DNA of 64,000 nt from Planctomycetota bacterium (GTDB lineage: Bacteria > Planctomycetota > SZUA-567 > H5-PLA8), in assembly GCA_026184295.1 (NCBI GenBank), contig JAHCJK010000006.1, positions 4,891 to 68,890 on the forward strand. The letters are read 5' to 3'. How positions within the stretch are numbered: the stretch's first letter is position 1; each line of letters begins with the position of its first letter. Below are positions 50,806 through 59,126 of this stretch, piece by piece. The notes under the pieces are model-generated. The model had not been told where the DNA came from, did not search any database, and was given only the letters and a program-made list of their open reading frames with translations. The translations under genes were made by a program, and so were the position numbers.

Positions 50806-50952
50806 GCCCGCGTTGTAGCGCCTGGCCTCCGATACTCAAGACGTGTTGGCGCGCGCGGACCTTAGCGGGCGATTCGCGGCCGTGGAAGCGTTGACCTGGA
50901 CCCGCCGAAGCGATACGATGCGGCCAGCTTCGTAATTGAAGGGAGGCTCCGC

Positions 50953-51192
50953 ATGATTACGCGTAAGATGCGTATCGAAGATATGAACTGCAACGGCTGC
51001 GCCGCGCGCGTGGTGTCCACGCTTATGAACCTGAAGGGCGTCGTGAAGGTGATCACCGACCTCGACGATCAGGAAGCCGAAGTGACCTTCGACGAACGCG
51101 CCCTGATGGAAGCCGACTTGCGCGAAGCCCTGCGCACCGCGGGCTTCGGTTCGGCAAGCAAAGAGTTCTGCGAGAACGCCAAGGTCAACTAG
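50953..51192 (+). CDS. Heavy-metal-associated (HMA) domain protein, CopZ-like
   Basis: 79 aa. MxCxxC metal-binding motif MNCNGCAARV within a beta-alpha-beta-beta-alpha-beta-length domain. gggagg RBS upstream. Confidence 0.75.
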   Translation: MITRKMRIEDMNCNGCAARVVSTLMNLKGVVKVITDLDDQEAEVTFDERALMEADLREALRTAGFGSASKEFCENAKVN

Positions 51193-51393
51193 ACCTTTCG
51201 TGCCTAAAACCGACGCGAGGACGCGCCAGGCCAGCCGGCAGATCCTGCCGCACATGTGCCGCCGCGCCTTTGCACCCCAAGCCCTGGGGTTCCGGCCTCT
51301 TTCACGCTGTTCCTCTGCCGCTCGTCTGGAATTGATCCAACAACCAGGCGCATGCTTCGTTGGTACATCGGCGGAGGCTGAGCGAGGTGAGTT

Positions 51394-51846
51394 ATGTCGG
51401 TGCTTTCCATCCCACCCCATCAGCTCGGATTGGTAGGATTCGCCAGCCTGGGCGAAAAGGACCGCGCGCTCCTGGGCCGCGTCTATGAACTGGCCAAACG
51501 CAGTTGGGCCCGGGGACAGAAGGTATGCACCCCGCGCGAAGCCGAAGCCTATGCGCGGTGGCTGAACGAAATGGTTCCGAGTTCCTTTATCGAAGAATTG
51601 CAGGGGCTTGGGGTGGAAAGCGTCGCCCGCAACCGTGACCTGACCGCGTACTTTCATTCGATCAAGGCCGACCGGCTGACCCTTTTCGTCGGACGGATCG
51701 GCATGCTCCAGCTCCGGCCCAGCGCGCTCGAGCGCGTCTATGCCTGCGCCCACGCCGGCCGCGAACTGGCCGAACGCATCCACGGGCTCACCCTCGGCAT
51801 CGAAACCTTCCCGCCTCAAACGAGCGCCCACGCCGGTTCGGCGTAG
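51394..51846 (+). CDS. Hypothetical protein
   Basis: 150 aa. gaggtgag RBS 4 nt upstream. Balanced composition and no recognisable family. Confidence 0.45.
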   Translation: MSVLSIPPHQLGLVGFASLGEKDRALLGRVYELAKRSWARGQKVCTPREAEAYARWLNEMVPSSFIEELQGLGVESVARNRDLTAYFHSIKADRLTLFVGRIGMLQLRPSALERVYACAHAGRELAERIHGLTLGIETFPPQTSAHAGSA

Positions 51847-51969
51847 GCGCTCGGCCCGCGCCGGACCAAATCCGCCGGCCCAATCTGCCCTTTCATCCCC
51901 GGCGAATGCGGGTACGCCGTTGCGTATCGAGCGCATTTCCTGGTGAAAATTTCAGCGAGGAGGGATTCC

Positions 51970-52710
51970 ATGGGTTTGGGTTACGAAGACACGCCGCTCC
52001 TGCCGGGCGGGAAGTGGACGGTTCACGACGGGCGCCGGCCGCAGCCGCCGGTCGTCGATCCGGGCACGTCGTCGACGCAGGAAGCCGCCGGGCGGCCGCC
52101 GTCGGACGCGACGATTCTCTTCGACGGCAAGGACGCCTCGAAGTGGGTCGACCGCGACGGCAACCCGGCGAAGTGGAAGGTCGAGAACGGCTGCTGGGAA
52201 GTCGTCCCCAAGACCGGCGACATCCAGACGAAGGAACACTTCGGCGACTGCCAGCTCCACGTGGAACTCGCGTCGCCCACGGTGGTGAAGGGCGAGGGCC
52301 AGGGACGCGGCAACAGCGGCGTCTTCCTGATGGGGCGCTACGAGATTCAGGTGCTCGACTGCTACCAGAACCAGACGTATCCCGACGGCACGTCCTGCGC
52401 GATGTACGGGCAGTACCCGCCGCTGGTGAACGCCTGCCGCAAGCCCGGCGAATGGCAGACGTACGACGTGATGTTCGTCGCGCCGCGCTTCGAAGGCACG
52501 CGCCTGCTCACGCCCGCCTTCATCACCGTGATCCACAACGGCGTGGTCGTGCAGTACCACCGCCAGCTCCAGGGCCCGACGCAGCACAAGCGCCTGGCCT
52601 GCTACGATCCGCACGACGCCAAGGGCCCGATCAAGCTCCAGGATCACGGCGACCTGGTGCGCTACCGCAACATCTGGATCCGCCCGCTGGATTATTACGT
52701 GAACGCCTGA
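51970..52710 (+). CDS. DUF1080 (3-keto-disaccharide hydrolase-like, concanavalin fold) protein
   Basis: Start trimmed to MGLGYEDTP (ATG at 51970, ggaggg RBS). ILFDGKD.SKW...W.VENG...........T...FGD..LH.E.......GNSG...........EIQVLD and IKLQDHG..V.YRNIWIRPL are the DUF1080 hallmarks. Confidence 0.85.
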   Translation: MGLGYEDTPLLPGGKWTVHDGRRPQPPVVDPGTSSTQEAAGRPPSDATILFDGKDASKWVDRDGNPAKWKVENGCWEVVPKTGDIQTKEHFGDCQLHVELASPTVVKGEGQGRGNSGVFLMGRYEIQVLDCYQNQTYPDGTSCAMYGQYPPLVNACRKPGEWQTYDVMFVAPRFEGTRLLTPAFITVIHNGVVVQYHRQLQGPTQHKRLACYDPHDAKGPIKLQDHGDLVRYRNIWIRPLDYYVNA

Positions 52711-52797
52711 CCGTACGTCCGGACCACGCACGAAGAACCTGGAGCCGCGCGAGCGCTCCGGGTTTTTTCGTGCCTGAGGATCGGGGAAGCGAAGGCC

Positions 52798-53850
52798 TTA
52801 CGGCTGCATCAGGATTTTGAGCGCGCCGGCAGGACCTCTGCGTTCGGAAAGCGCGGCGAGGAGTTCGGGGCCCTGCGCGAGAGGGAGCTTGTGCGTGACG
52901 ACTTCGGGCGCGCGCACCTTGCCCGCGCGCAGCAGGTTCACGGCGTCGGCGTAGCTCGAACCGCCGCCCACCGCGCCGACGATCATGCGTTCGCCCGCGA
53001 TGAGCAGGTCGGGGTTGATGCGCGGGTGGTGTTCGCCGAAGCAGCCGACGACGGAGACGCGCCCGAGCCGCGCGAGCGCCAGAGGCAGGTGTTCGAAAAC
53101 GGCGGCCGCGCCCGCGCATTCCAGCGCGACGTCGAAGCCTTCGCCCGCGGTGACGGCCTTGGCGCGTTCGGGCAGTTCGGCCGGCGAGAAGGCGCTCGCG
53201 TCGAGGACTTCGTCGGCGCCGAGCTTCTTCGCCAGGGCCAGGCGCGCGGGGTCGCGGTCGAGCACCGTCACGGACTGCGCGCCGCAGGCGCGCGCGCATT
53301 GCAGCGAGAGCAGCCCGATGGGCCCCGCGCCGATCACCAGCACGCGGTCGGGGTAGGCGACGTTCACTTTGCGGCAACCGTTCAGCGTCACGGCGGTCGG
53401 TTCGGCCAGCGCGGCGTGGGCCGGGTCGAGGCCTTCGGCCTTGCGCAGGTTCGAGGCCGGGATGCAGGCGAACTGCGCGAAGCCGCCGTTCTGGTTGATG
53501 ATCCCGACTTCGCGGCGGTCGGGGCAGACGTTGTAGTGCCCCGAACGGCAGAAGCGGCAGGCCCCGCAGCCGAGCGCGACTTCCGCGATCACCGGATCGC
53601 CGGCTTTCACGTTGGTCACTTCGCGCCCGGTGGCGACGACGGTGCCGGTCCATTCGTGCCCGGGGACGATGGGCAGCCGTGCGTAGCCCATTTTGTAGTG
53701 CAGCAGGTGTTCGTTGACGAAGAGTTCCACGTCGGTGCCGCAGATGCCGGCGAAGGCGACCTGCACGACCGCTTCGTGCGGCGCGGGGGCCGGATCGGGC
53801 ACGGTCTCGAGCGACATAGCGCGCGGGCCGGTGAGCACCAGGGCTTTCAT
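52798..53850 (-). CDS. Zinc-dependent medium-chain alcohol/polyol dehydrogenase
   Basis: 350 aa. GICGTDVE, PGHEWTG, structural-zinc cluster CGACRFCRSGHYNVC and Rossmann motif VIGAGPIG. Confidence 0.9.
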   Translation of the reverse strand: MKALVLTGPRAMSLETVPDPAPAPHEAVVQVAFAGICGTDVELFVNEHLLHYKMGYARLPIVPGHEWTGTVVATGREVTNVKAGDPVIAEVALGCGACRFCRSGHYNVCPDRREVGIINQNGGFAQFACIPASNLRKAEGLDPAHAALAEPTAVTLNGCRKVNVAYPDRVLVIGAGPIGLLSLQCARACGAQSVTVLDRDPARLALAKKLGADEVLDASAFSPAELPERAKAVTAGEGFDVALECAGAAAVFEHLPLALARLGRVSVVGCFGEHHPRINPDLLIAGERMIVGAVGGGSSYADAVNLLRAGKVRAPEVVTHKLPLAQGPELLAALSERRGPAGALKILMQP

Positions 53851-54038
53851 GCCCGGTGGTTATAGCGGGCGCCCGCGCCGCTGCCAGTGACGCACGCCGC
53901 CTCCTTTATTGGTGGGACAGGCGTCCCGCCGGTCCGCGCCCAAGGAGGTGAGCGCGGTGCTTGCAGAGATCTCGCGGTTCGTGCGATGGCCTGGAAATCC
54001 TGTTTACGTTTGCGGGCCAGCGCATATGACTACGCGCC

Positions 54039-54800
54039 ATGAGCGACCCCGAACGAATCGGCATCGTCGTGGCTTTGCGCGAAGAAGACGCCGCGGTGCG
54101 CGCGGCGATCGACGCGCTGCCGGAGGCGCAGCGCGTGCGGGTCAAGCTCGCGCGCGGCGGCATGGGCTGGAAGGCCGCCGAAGCCGCCGCCACGCAGCTC
54201 GCGGCGGTGCCCGGCGTCCGGCTGCTGTGCAGCAGCGGGTTCAGCGGGGCGCTGCAGGACGGGCTGGAAGCCGGATCGCTGGTGCTGGCCGAACGCGTCG
54301 TCGCGCTGCCGCCGACCACGGCGTCCTTCGCGTCGAACAAGATCGAGAAGCCCGTGCCGGTGCACGAGAACGCGCTGGCCGAGGCCGCGCGCGCGCTGAT
54401 GGCCGCGGGCCTGGCGTACCGCGGCGGGCAACTGGCCACCGCGCGCGAGCCGGTGCTGAAGAGCCAGGACAAGCGCATGCTGGGGCTGGGCCTGCAGGCG
54501 GTGGCGGTGGACATGGAATGCGCGGCGGTGGCCTACGCGGCGCGCAACCGCAGCCTGGGCACGTTCGCGCTGCGCGCGATCAGCGACACGGTCAACGACG
54601 ACCTGCCGCCGGAAGTCGCGACCTTTCTCGACGAGAACGGCCAGGTGAAGATGGGCAACGTCGCGAAGTTCGCGATGAAGGGCCCCAGCAACGTCGGGAC
54701 GCTGATGAAGCTGAAGTCCAACGCCGAAAAAGCTTCGGCGGCGCTCGCCGCGGGCTGGAAGGCGGTGCTCCCCGCGCTGCTGGAACTCTCGCTGGGCTGA
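54039..54800 (+). CDS. PNP_UDP_1-family phosphorylase-like protein (HpnG/nucleosidase-like)
   Basis: 253 aa. IGIVVALREE...GMGWKAAEAAA..L......LLCSSGFSGAL...AVAVDMECAAVA...ALRAISD is the phosphorylase superfamily pattern. Substrate unknown. Confidence 0.6.
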   Translation: MSDPERIGIVVALREEDAAVRAAIDALPEAQRVRVKLARGGMGWKAAEAAATQLAAVPGVRLLCSSGFSGALQDGLEAGSLVLAERVVALPPTTASFASNKIEKPVPVHENALAEAARALMAAGLAYRGGQLATAREPVLKSQDKRMLGLGLQAVAVDMECAAVAYAARNRSLGTFALRAISDTVNDDLPPEVATFLDENGQVKMGNVAKFAMKGPSNVGTLMKLKSNAEKASAALAAGWKAVLPALLELSLG

Positions 54801-54804
54801 GCCG

Positions 54805-57800
54805 CTACTTCGAGACGGCTTTGTAGTAGTCTTCGACGGGCTTCCGGTATTCGGGCGCGACCTTGGCCTGCCCCTGTTCGATCAGGCGGCGCAGGCTGTC
54901 TTCCTGCAACTCGCCCGGGCGGCTCTGCACCGACTTCAAGTCCTGCGCCTTCTCCGAAAGATTCGAGCGCACGCGCCCTTCGGCTTCCTTGCGGGCGGGT
55001 TCCTCGGCGCGCGGCGGCGCGGGGCCTTCGGCCTCCGGCGCGGGCGTCTTCTCGATCTTGTCCTTCAGCGCCGTGCGTTCCTTCTCGTCGAACTTCCGCA
55101 CCGAACTGTTCAGGCTCTCGACGGCTTCGCGCAGCAGCGCGGTGGTGTCCTGCCCCAGGTCACCCTTGCGCATGCGCGTGGCCGCCTCGGTCATGCGGTC
55201 GCGGATCGGGCGCAGGTCGCCGCTGGTGGCCGGATCGGCCTCGGTCTTCTTCGTCGCCGGGTCGCTCAGTTCTCTCGGCGCCTTGTCGGGCCCCGTTTCC
55301 CCGCTCCCGCCGCCGCCGTGCCCGGGCTTCCCACTGCCGCCCTTCCCGTTCGTGCCCTTCGAATTGGACGGAGTTCCTTGGCCCTGGCCTTGTCCCTGGC
55401 CTTGGCCTTGTCCCTGGCCTTGGCCTTGTCCCTGGCCTTGGCCTTGTCCCTGGCCCTGACCTTGTCCCTGGCCCTGACCTTGGCCTTGCCCCTGACCTTG
55501 TCCCTGGCCCTGACCTTGTCCCTGGCCCTGACCTTGGCCTTGTCCCTGTCCTTGTCCCTGCCCTTGGCCCTGTCCCTGCCCTTCGCCTTGCCCCTGACCT
55601 TGTCCCTGTCCTTCGCCCTGGCCCTGGCCTTCGCCCTCTCCTTCGCCCTGGCCGCTCTTGCCTTTTCCGGATTGGCCTTGTTCGCCTTCTCCTTCGCCCA
55701 GGCGGGGTTTCTTGCCTTCGCTGTCGCCGCTCTGGCCTTTGGGTCCTTCCGGACCGGGCTGTTCGCCTTGACCCTGCTCGCCCTGCGGGCCTTTCGCGCC
55801 GCCTTCTTCCTTCTCGCTGCCCTGGCCCTTGGGACCGTTCTGGCCCTGTTCGCCGCCGGACTGAGCGTTCTGCCCCTGCTCGCCGTTCTGTGCACCGTTG
55901 GGACCCTGCGGGCCCTTCGGGCCGTCCTGTCCGGGCTGCCCGGTCCTGCTCGGGCCTTCCGGACCTTTCTTCTCCGTCTGGTTCTGCGGGCCCTGCGGGT
56001 CCTGGCCGGACTCGTTCTGGTTCGCGGCGTTATCCTGAGCTTTGGGTTCGTTCTTGCCGTTCGCGCCGTCCGAGTTTTCCTTCGGGAGGTCCTCGTAGCC
56101 TTTTTCCTTCTCCTTATGGTTCTGGGCGTCGGCGAGCTGCTTCTCCTCCTGCGCCTTCCGTTCGATCAGCTCGTTGAGCCGTTCGACCAAACGCTGCTGT
56201 TCCTCGGCAAGTTCCTCAAGCTTCTTGCGGTCGCCGCTCTCCTGCGCTTCGCGTTCGAGTTTGCGCAGCAGCTCTTCCTGGTCCTTGCGCAGCTTCGCGA
56301 GTTCCTCCTCGGTGCGCGGATCGTCGCGCGCCTCGTCCTTCTTGCCGTCCTTGGACGGTTCGGTCTTCTCCTGCTTGTCGGCGGTCAGGCGTTCGACCTC
56401 GTCCTTGGGGCCCGGGTCGAGCTTCTTCCGTTCGGCCTCCTGGAGCTTGCGCAGCATCTCCTGGAACGGATCGCGTCGCTCCAGGTTGCGGCGGGCCTGC
56501 TCGGCGTCGGGCTTGCGGCCGGCCTCGCCCGCGATGGGGATGCGCACGTCCTTGCTGGTCACGCGGTTGGGGCTGGGGCAGACGTCTTCGAGCGTCAGGC
56601 GCGCGACGAGCGTCATGCCCGGCCGGGCGTGGACGCGCGCAAGGTCGATGGAGACGGTCGCGTTGAGCGCCGGGGCGGCGAGTTCGGGCGTGCATTCGGC
56701 GAGCAGGACGCGGCGGCCGTCGAGTTCGAAGGCGACGCTGGCGTGGCGCAGGCCCAGGTCGTCGCGGCCGGTGGCGCGGAGCACGACCACGGCGTCGGGC
56801 GCGGCGGGTTCTTCGGCCTTGGCGTCCTCGCGGGTCAGGCCGGCCTCGGGCGGAGCGTCGGGCAAGGCCTTGGCCTGGTAGACGACGCCGGGCGGGCTCT
56901 GGTAGCCGCTGCCGCTGGTGTAGGCGATGCGGTACGAGGCGTCGCGGTCGAGGACGAACTGCGCCGAGAGCGTCTGTCCGTTGACGGCCATGGGCAGCTT
57001 GCCGCCGCGGATTTCCATCCAGGCGGGCACCTGGCCCAGGGCGAGCTTGTCCGCCGGGGGCGGCGGCTGGTTGACGGAGGCGTGCACTTCGATGCGGCTG
57101 CCGGCGACGGCCTGCACGTGGCCGCCGGAGACTTCGCGCGTGGGCCCGTTGGGCGCGTAGATGGGCGGGAGGACGCGCAGGTTCACGGCCGTCACCAGCG
57201 GGCGGTCGATGGGCGTGAGCGTGAAGGGACCCTTTTCGGCGTCGTTGCAGATCACGCGGTAGGTCACCGCGCGCGTGAAGCCGGGGAGTTCCAGCGCGTA
57301 GCGGCCGAGGCCCGTCTGCGCCAGCGCCGCCTCGGACTCGTCGGCGTCGCCCTCGATGCGGTAGCGCAGCAGCGCGGTCTTGGGGAGCTTGCCGTTCGCG
57401 CGGATTTCGAACGTGACGGGTTCGCCGGCCACGACGGCGCCGTCGCCGGGCTGGACTTCCTGAATGGTGGTGTCGCGGGGCGGCGCGATCTCCTGCCAGG
57501 GCTGGAGCGTGCGCTTGAGCGTCGTCCAGAAACTGGAGCCGCACCAGACGCCAAAGAGGAGCAGCACCGCGGCCAGCACGCCCACGGCGCGCCCGCCCCA
57601 GGTCAGCGAGCGCAGGTCCACGACGCGGTCGGCGTCGAGGCCGTTCATGCGTTCGACAGCGCGGCCGGCGAGCAGTTCGGCGGCTTCGCGTTCGTCGCGA
57701 CCGAGTTCCTTGCGGCGGCGCAGGTCGATGTAGGTGATCAGCGCGTCGTCGCTCAGCCCCATGCTGCGGTCGATCGCGCGTGCGTAGCGCAGGGGGTTGC

Positions 57801-58140
57801 GCGCGCGGAAGAGCACCAGCGCGCCGAAGAGCAGGCCGCTGAGCGCCACCGATCCGGCGGCGAGGTGCAGGTTGCCGATGCGCGTGTTGCTGGTGAATTC
57901 CCAGATGCGGTCGGCGAGCATCGCGCCCAGGAGCAGCAGGATCGCGAGGGCGCAGCAGCCGAGCAGCACGGCGAGGAGGTGGTACAGGCGTTCGCGGCTG
58001 CGGATCGAGTTCAGCGTGCGGACGACGGGGTCCTTCGTCCACGGCAGGTTGACGATCTCGGGGCGCGGGACCCAGGCGCCCGCGGGGCGGCTTGGCGCGT
58101 TCGACCGAACCTCGGTGTCGTGCATGCCCGCCCCCCGCAA
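54805..58140 (-). CDS. Giant membrane-anchored low-complexity protein (DUF4175-like architecture) with a Gly-Gln dipeptide array
   Basis: 1111 aa (an alternative ATG is at 58125). Three N-terminal transmembrane segments, a beta-rich region of about 450 aa, a K/E/R coiled coil, a G/Q/E/P/N low-complexity region containing the uninterrupted GQ run, and a conserved-looking C-terminal tail (...PEYRKPVEDYYKAVSK). Confidence 0.75.
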   Translation of the reverse strand: MRGAGMHDTEVRSNAPSRPAGAWVPRPEIVNLPWTKDPVVRTLNSIRSRERLYHLLAVLLGCCALAILLLLGAMLADRIWEFTSNTRIGNLHLAAGSVALSGLLFGALVLFRARNPLRYARAIDRSMGLSDDALITYIDLRRRKELGRDEREAAELLAGRAVERMNGLDADRVVDLRSLTWGGRAVGVLAAVLLLFGVWCGSSFWTTLKRTLQPWQEIAPPRDTTIQEVQPGDGAVVAGEPVTFEIRANGKLPKTALLRYRIEGDADESEAALAQTGLGRYALELPGFTRAVTYRVICNDAEKGPFTLTPIDRPLVTAVNLRVLPPIYAPNGPTREVSGGHVQAVAGSRIEVHASVNQPPPPADKLALGQVPAWMEIRGGKLPMAVNGQTLSAQFVLDRDASYRIAYTSGSGYQSPPGVVYQAKALPDAPPEAGLTREDAKAEEPAAPDAVVVLRATGRDDLGLRHASVAFELDGRRVLLAECTPELAAPALNATVSIDLARVHARPGMTLVARLTLEDVCPSPNRVTSKDVRIPIAGEAGRKPDAEQARRNLERRDPFQEMLRKLQEAERKKLDPGPKDEVERLTADKQEKTEPSKDGKKDEARDDPRTEEELAKLRKDQEELLRKLEREAQESGDRKKLEELAEEQQRLVERLNELIERKAQEEKQLADAQNHKEKEKGYEDLPKENSDGANGKNEPKAQDNAANQNESGQDPQGPQNQTEKKGPEGPSRTGQPGQDGPKGPQGPNGAQNGEQGQNAQSGGEQGQNGPKGQGSEKEEGGAKGPQGEQGQGEQPGPEGPKGQSGDSEGKKPRLGEGEGEQGQSGKGKSGQGEGEGEGQGQGEGQGQGQGQGEGQGQGQGQGQGQGQGQGQGQGQGQGQGQGQGQGQGQGQGQGQGQGQGQGQGQGQGQGQGQGQGQGQGQGTPSNSKGTNGKGGSGKPGHGGGGSGETGPDKAPRELSDPATKKTEADPATSGDLRPIRDRMTEAATRMRKGDLGQDTTALLREAVESLNSSVRKFDEKERTALKDKIEKTPAPEAEGPAPPRAEEPARKEAEGRVRSNLSEKAQDLKSVQSRPGELQEDSLRRLIEQGQAKVAPEYRKPVEDYYKAVSK
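55378..55650 (-). repeat. Coding hexanucleotide-type repeat (GGN-CAR)n encoding (GQ)n with flanking GE/GQ units
   Basis: By hand count, 68 consecutive codons alternate Gln and Gly from 55378 to 55581 (about 34 GQ dipeptides). Mixed GEGQ units follow, up to about 55650. Synonymous codons vary between units (ggc/gga/ggt/ggg; cag/caa). Confidence 0.9.
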
Positions 58141-58269
58141 CCGCGCGAACGTCCGTCCTTGTATGACGAATGGACGGGCGGCGCGTTTCCACTAATTGAA
58201 AGATTATCGCGACGCGGTTTCATCACACAAACTTATATTAGCCAAGGAGATCGAACGGCTTGGCCGGAC

Positions 58270-59076
58270 TTAGCCGCCCATCAGCGAGAGCCGGCGGCGG
58301 ACCATGCGCCAGGCGAGTTCGCAGAAGACCAGCAGCGCGACCGTCCAGGCGAGCTGGAGCAGGAGTTCCGAGCGCATCTGTTCGGGGTTCCAGCGGCCCA
58401 GGTAGACCATCATCGGCGTGTACGAGATGCCCTTGAACGGCAGGATCGCAAAGGCGTCGCGCACGATCGGATACGGGTTGAACATCTCCAGCGGCAGCAA
58501 CTGCCCGGAGAGGAACTGGATGAGCATGAACTTGGCCCAGAGGAAACCCTGGAGCTTCTCGGTAAAGATCGCGCAGAGCCCGGTGAGAAAGTTGATCGCG
58601 AAGAAGAGGTGGAAGGCGAGGATCACCGAGGCGCAGAAGAGCAATCCGTGCAGCAGCGAGGCCGGCGGGACGAGCTGGAAGCAGACCACGATCAGCACGC
58701 CGACAGGGAGGCTCATGAAGAGGGCGCGGAAGAGCAGTTCGCCCAGGGCCGTGCCGTAGAACTGGAGCAGCATGGAGGTCGGGCGCAGCAGGTCGCTGGT
58801 GATCTCGCCCTTGTTGATGCGCGCGGCGAGCACGTTGTCGCTGTTCGAGAAGTAGGTCGCGCGCACGATCCAGTTCACGCAGACGTAGGTGCGCATCTGT
58901 TCGAGCGTCCAGCCGGCCACGGTATCGTGCCCGTGAAAGACGGCCGTCCAGAGGTACCAGGCCACCGCCGCGTAGACGAAGTAGTTGACGACCCCGATCA
59001 CGTAGCGCAGCCGGTGCGCGAGCATGATCAGGAAGCTCGAGCGGGCGAAGGCGAACGTGAGCGCGGCCGAGGACAT
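58270..59076 (-). CDS. ABC-2-type transporter permease-like membrane protein
   Basis: 268 aa with six hydrophobic segments. The overall pattern resembles ABC-2 family permeases. No cognate ATPase gene is in the window. Confidence 0.55.
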   Translation of the reverse strand: MSSAALTFAFARSSFLIMLAHRLRYVIGVVNYFVYAAVAWYLWTAVFHGHDTVAGWTLEQMRTYVCVNWIVRATYFSNSDNVLAARINKGEITSDLLRPTSMLLQFYGTALGELLFRALFMSLPVGVLIVVCFQLVPPASLLHGLLFCASVILAFHLFFAINFLTGLCAIFTEKLQGFLWAKFMLIQFLSGQLLPLEMFNPYPIVRDAFAILPFKGISYTPMMVYLGRWNPEQMRSELLLQLAWTVALLVFCELAWRMVRRRLSLMGG

Positions 59077-59126
59077 GCGCGGAGTTTAGCGGGCACGCGC
59101 GCCCGCGCACGTCGCGTTTGGCCGGC

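Noticed and set aside
50836-51936. 366 aa minus-strand ORF covering the HMA-domain gene and the 51394..51846 ORF
   Set aside because: It has no motifs and an Arg/Gly/Ala-rich composition. The plus-strand genes have RBSs, and one of them has a clear MxCxxC metal-binding motif.
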